Source of the DNA: Eledone cirrhosa
Taxonomy: Eukaryota
Direction of reading: 5' to 3'
Length of the DNA: 64,000 nt
Assembly (NCBI GenBank): GCA_964016885.1
Contig: OZ024746.1
Location: 20,894,001 to 20,958,000, forward strand
Shown: positions 61,301-64,000 of the stretch, piece by piece
How positions within the stretch are numbered: the stretch's first letter is position 1
Layout of the letters: every line of letters begins with the position of its first letter
Made by a program: the position numbers and the translations under genes
Notes under the pieces: model-generated
The model's input: only the letters and a program-made list of their open reading frames with translations
The model's database searches: none
What the model was told of the DNA's origin: nothing

Positions 61301-61340
61301 ATGCACTGGGTAATTGCTGGCCTTGTGCCAACAAGTAGAA
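58122..61340. repeat. Tandem segmental duplication, ~1.5-kb unit x2 plus a terminal SINE
   Basis: 58122-59617 and 59618-61161 are nearly identical, each with 4 SINE pieces, (GAA)n and (ATATA)n. Unit boundaries fall in SINE heads. Confidence 0.9.
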
Positions 61341-61649
61341 TCAATTATATTTATCTTGTACTGTGAAGTGTGTGTATTCGCTCTACATAACAGTACACTA
61401 CACAAGCACAACAAAGAGAAACTAAGATAAAAATATCTTGAATTCGATTCCAATTAAACTCCATATATTGTTTGATTAACAATAATGTATCTAATCTGAA
61501 CTGTTCAATTTAGTATTTATTAACATATACTACACAATATTCGATTTCATATTAATTTCCAATGCGATAGAAATCGATAATCATAGAAACATTAATTCTA
61601 AAAACATTAATTTTGTAAAGTGGTATTTGCATGTTTAAACACCAAACTC

Positions 61650-61722
<73 letters not shown>

Positions 61723-62199
61723 CATATATAAAGGACATTTAACACAGAATATACAGGTTGACAGTATCTATATCAACAATTTGACTTAACTCATCATTAC
61801 CTGCGGTTTCAAGTCGTAGACACGTCTATGTCATTAGATGCATCGGTGAATATATGAAACGAAATGGAGAAGGAAGTTTAAGGCAATGCTGTTAAAAGCC
61901 TTCATTGGTTCTTTCAGGTCACGTGGTGGTCAGGTGAACAGAAGAGCTTGGTAAAGTGTGAATCTAGACATACGGTATACATACAAGGATACATTGATGG
62001 CGCCATTGAATCTAACAGCCCTTCTGTTTTATATATTTGGTGTTACTGGGGAACTGAATGTTCAATAGATATATGTGAGGATGTTTTGGTGAGTCTAATG
62101 TTCGATTTTCATGGTGTACGTGCTGGTTGGATGGTGGGGGGAATACCTGCACTACACATACATGGGCCCTTTTGGCATTATCATTATCATCATCATCAT

Positions 62200-62566
62200 A
62201 TAGTTACGTCCTTTTACGTTCTGACTTCAAATCCCACCGAGGTTAGCTTTGCCTTTCATCCTCACAGGGTCGATAAAAAATGTATCAGTATCACACTGGG
62301 GGGTCGATTTAATCGACTTTCTCCTCCATCCAAATTGTTGGCCTTGTGCCTAAATCAGAAAGTATTATTTCTTGATAGAAGTGGATTGGCAGTATCGGTA
62401 GAGGGTCGGACGCCATGCTTTCCAGCATAGTTACGTCCCTTTACGATCTGAGTTCAAATCTCGCCGAGGTTGACTTTGCCTTTCATCCTTACGGGGTCGA
62501 TAAAATAAAGTACCAGTAATGCACTGGGTAATTGCTGGCCTTGTGCCTAAAGTAGAAACAATTATT
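62200..62566 (+). mobile_element. Two tandem SINE copies
   Basis: Core motif occurs twice. A further partial copy lies at ~63408-63520 (-). Confidence 0.85.
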
Positions 62567-64000
62567 TCTTGATAGAAGAAAACAACATTTAATATAATGC
62601 TTTGTATTTTTGGCTTCTCTGATTTCTAAAACACTAACTTACTAGTTTACTTTATGCTTTGAATTTGTATCATCATTTACGTAGAAATGTGTCTATATCT
62701 GGTAGTCAGAGAAAGATCCTTGATCAGGCAAAGAGTATTAATATCAATGGCCTGCCCGTCTCCTTTATCTATATTAAATTGAAAATATGAGAATCAAAGA
62801 TATTAACGGATAGAGGTTAGTATATAAATATCACATACATTGTAGATCATTTCTAATCAGCATAATCTTTTCCCAAGTGTTCTTCTAATCTTGAAGGTTT
62901 CATAGAAAATTTCAAGATTAGGAAAGCGTTTGGGAAAAACTTTATGCTGACAAGTTTAATTGGAAAACACATTTTCGCAACTCAGACGTACTGATAGTAG
63001 CTTCTTTGAAGATTATAGAATATAACTATAGTGACATTATTTTCTTTTTTGTTCTATCGCGGTTATAAATATAAAAATATCATAGATACATGTATTATGT
63101 ATTTTTTTAAATATAATTCCTCAGGTGATGGTTTACGATGAACTACATGAAAGTATGTCGAAAGATAACTGTTAACTTTATTATACGATTTTGCTTGTGC
63201 AGCATATTAAGTTGAGATAGTTTATTTCTGCCAAGGAAATATATTCTTCCTCCGCCTTAATAACTTTGCAACACTATCAAACATCACGGCTATTGAAATC
63301 CTTATTGGTGATTTGGGGCTCTAGTGAGTTTACAGAAGTAAAGAAGGGCTTGCAATGGGATGTGTGAAAATTGATATTATTCTTGCCTTTACAAATATTT
63401 ACATGTGTTGATGAAAGGTAAAGCTAACCTCGGTGAGATTAGAACTCAGAACGTAATGGGCCGTAACTATATGCAACAAAGCATGTTGTCCGACGCTCTA
63501 CCGATACCTGTCAACCCACCACTCTTTTTCTATAGAGAAATAATGAAATATATATCAATTCATTGTTAGCTTAGAAGTTTAATATTTAGAGATGTTTGAA
63601 AGAAAGGAAATAATGAGAAGCAAACATTTGTAATCTTGTGTTATGGTTATTAAAGGAAATAATTCATTGAATAATAATAAAAATAATCCAGTTGTACACA
63701 CATGCATGTTCATACATATACACACGAACATAATGTACCATTTTTTTGCTTGCTTTATGTAGTCATGGTTTTACAACAATTATACAACTGATTCTGTTAT
63801 GCAGCATACTCTTCTATTTTAGTATTTTTTAAATATAATGCTCTTTTACATTCATCCTCCCCCTTAAGTGGTTAAGAATAAATACATTCTTTAAATAAAA
63901 AGTTGAAGCTTATTAATTTTAATCTGAATAGCAAGAAATATAGGTTTAATAAGTACTTCTAGTATATAATAAAGCTTTCTAGTTCAATTTATCATTATAC

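Noticed and set aside
58122-61340. CRISPR-like or regularly spaced repeat array
   Set aside because: Eukaryotic SINE and microsatellite duplication; no constant repeat with unique spacers and no cas genes.

Overview
AT-rich, microsatellite-saturated animal genomic DNA, probably intergenic or intronic. The SINE and repeat make-up suggests an octopus-like cephalopod, but this is inference. No host protein-coding gene can be supported, and nearly all track ORFs are translations of (TA)n/(CA)n/(GAA)n tracts or SINEs. Recognisable content: one decayed Penelope-like element (PLE; RT plus GIY-YIG, minus strand, ~25.36-28.2 kb), about 30 copies of a tRNA-headed SINE, 3' or internal fragments of RTE-, CR1-, R4/Dong-like and CRE-like LINEs, a non-autonomous Helitron, small MITEs and a ~1.5-kb tandem duplication. 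The most striking signal is a recurrent architecture inside (TA)n tracts: short fold-back palindromes (arms ~48-185 bp) with one extended arm, built from several PLE pseudo-LTR families that carry type I hammerhead ribozymes. I read 8 hammerheads with an intact core and several variant or decayed ones; most have a palindromic minimal stem III and some have very long stem II. One family links directly to the 3' end and the inverted 5' junction of the coding PLE. All folds and alignments were done by eye and coordinates of degraded repeats are approximate.
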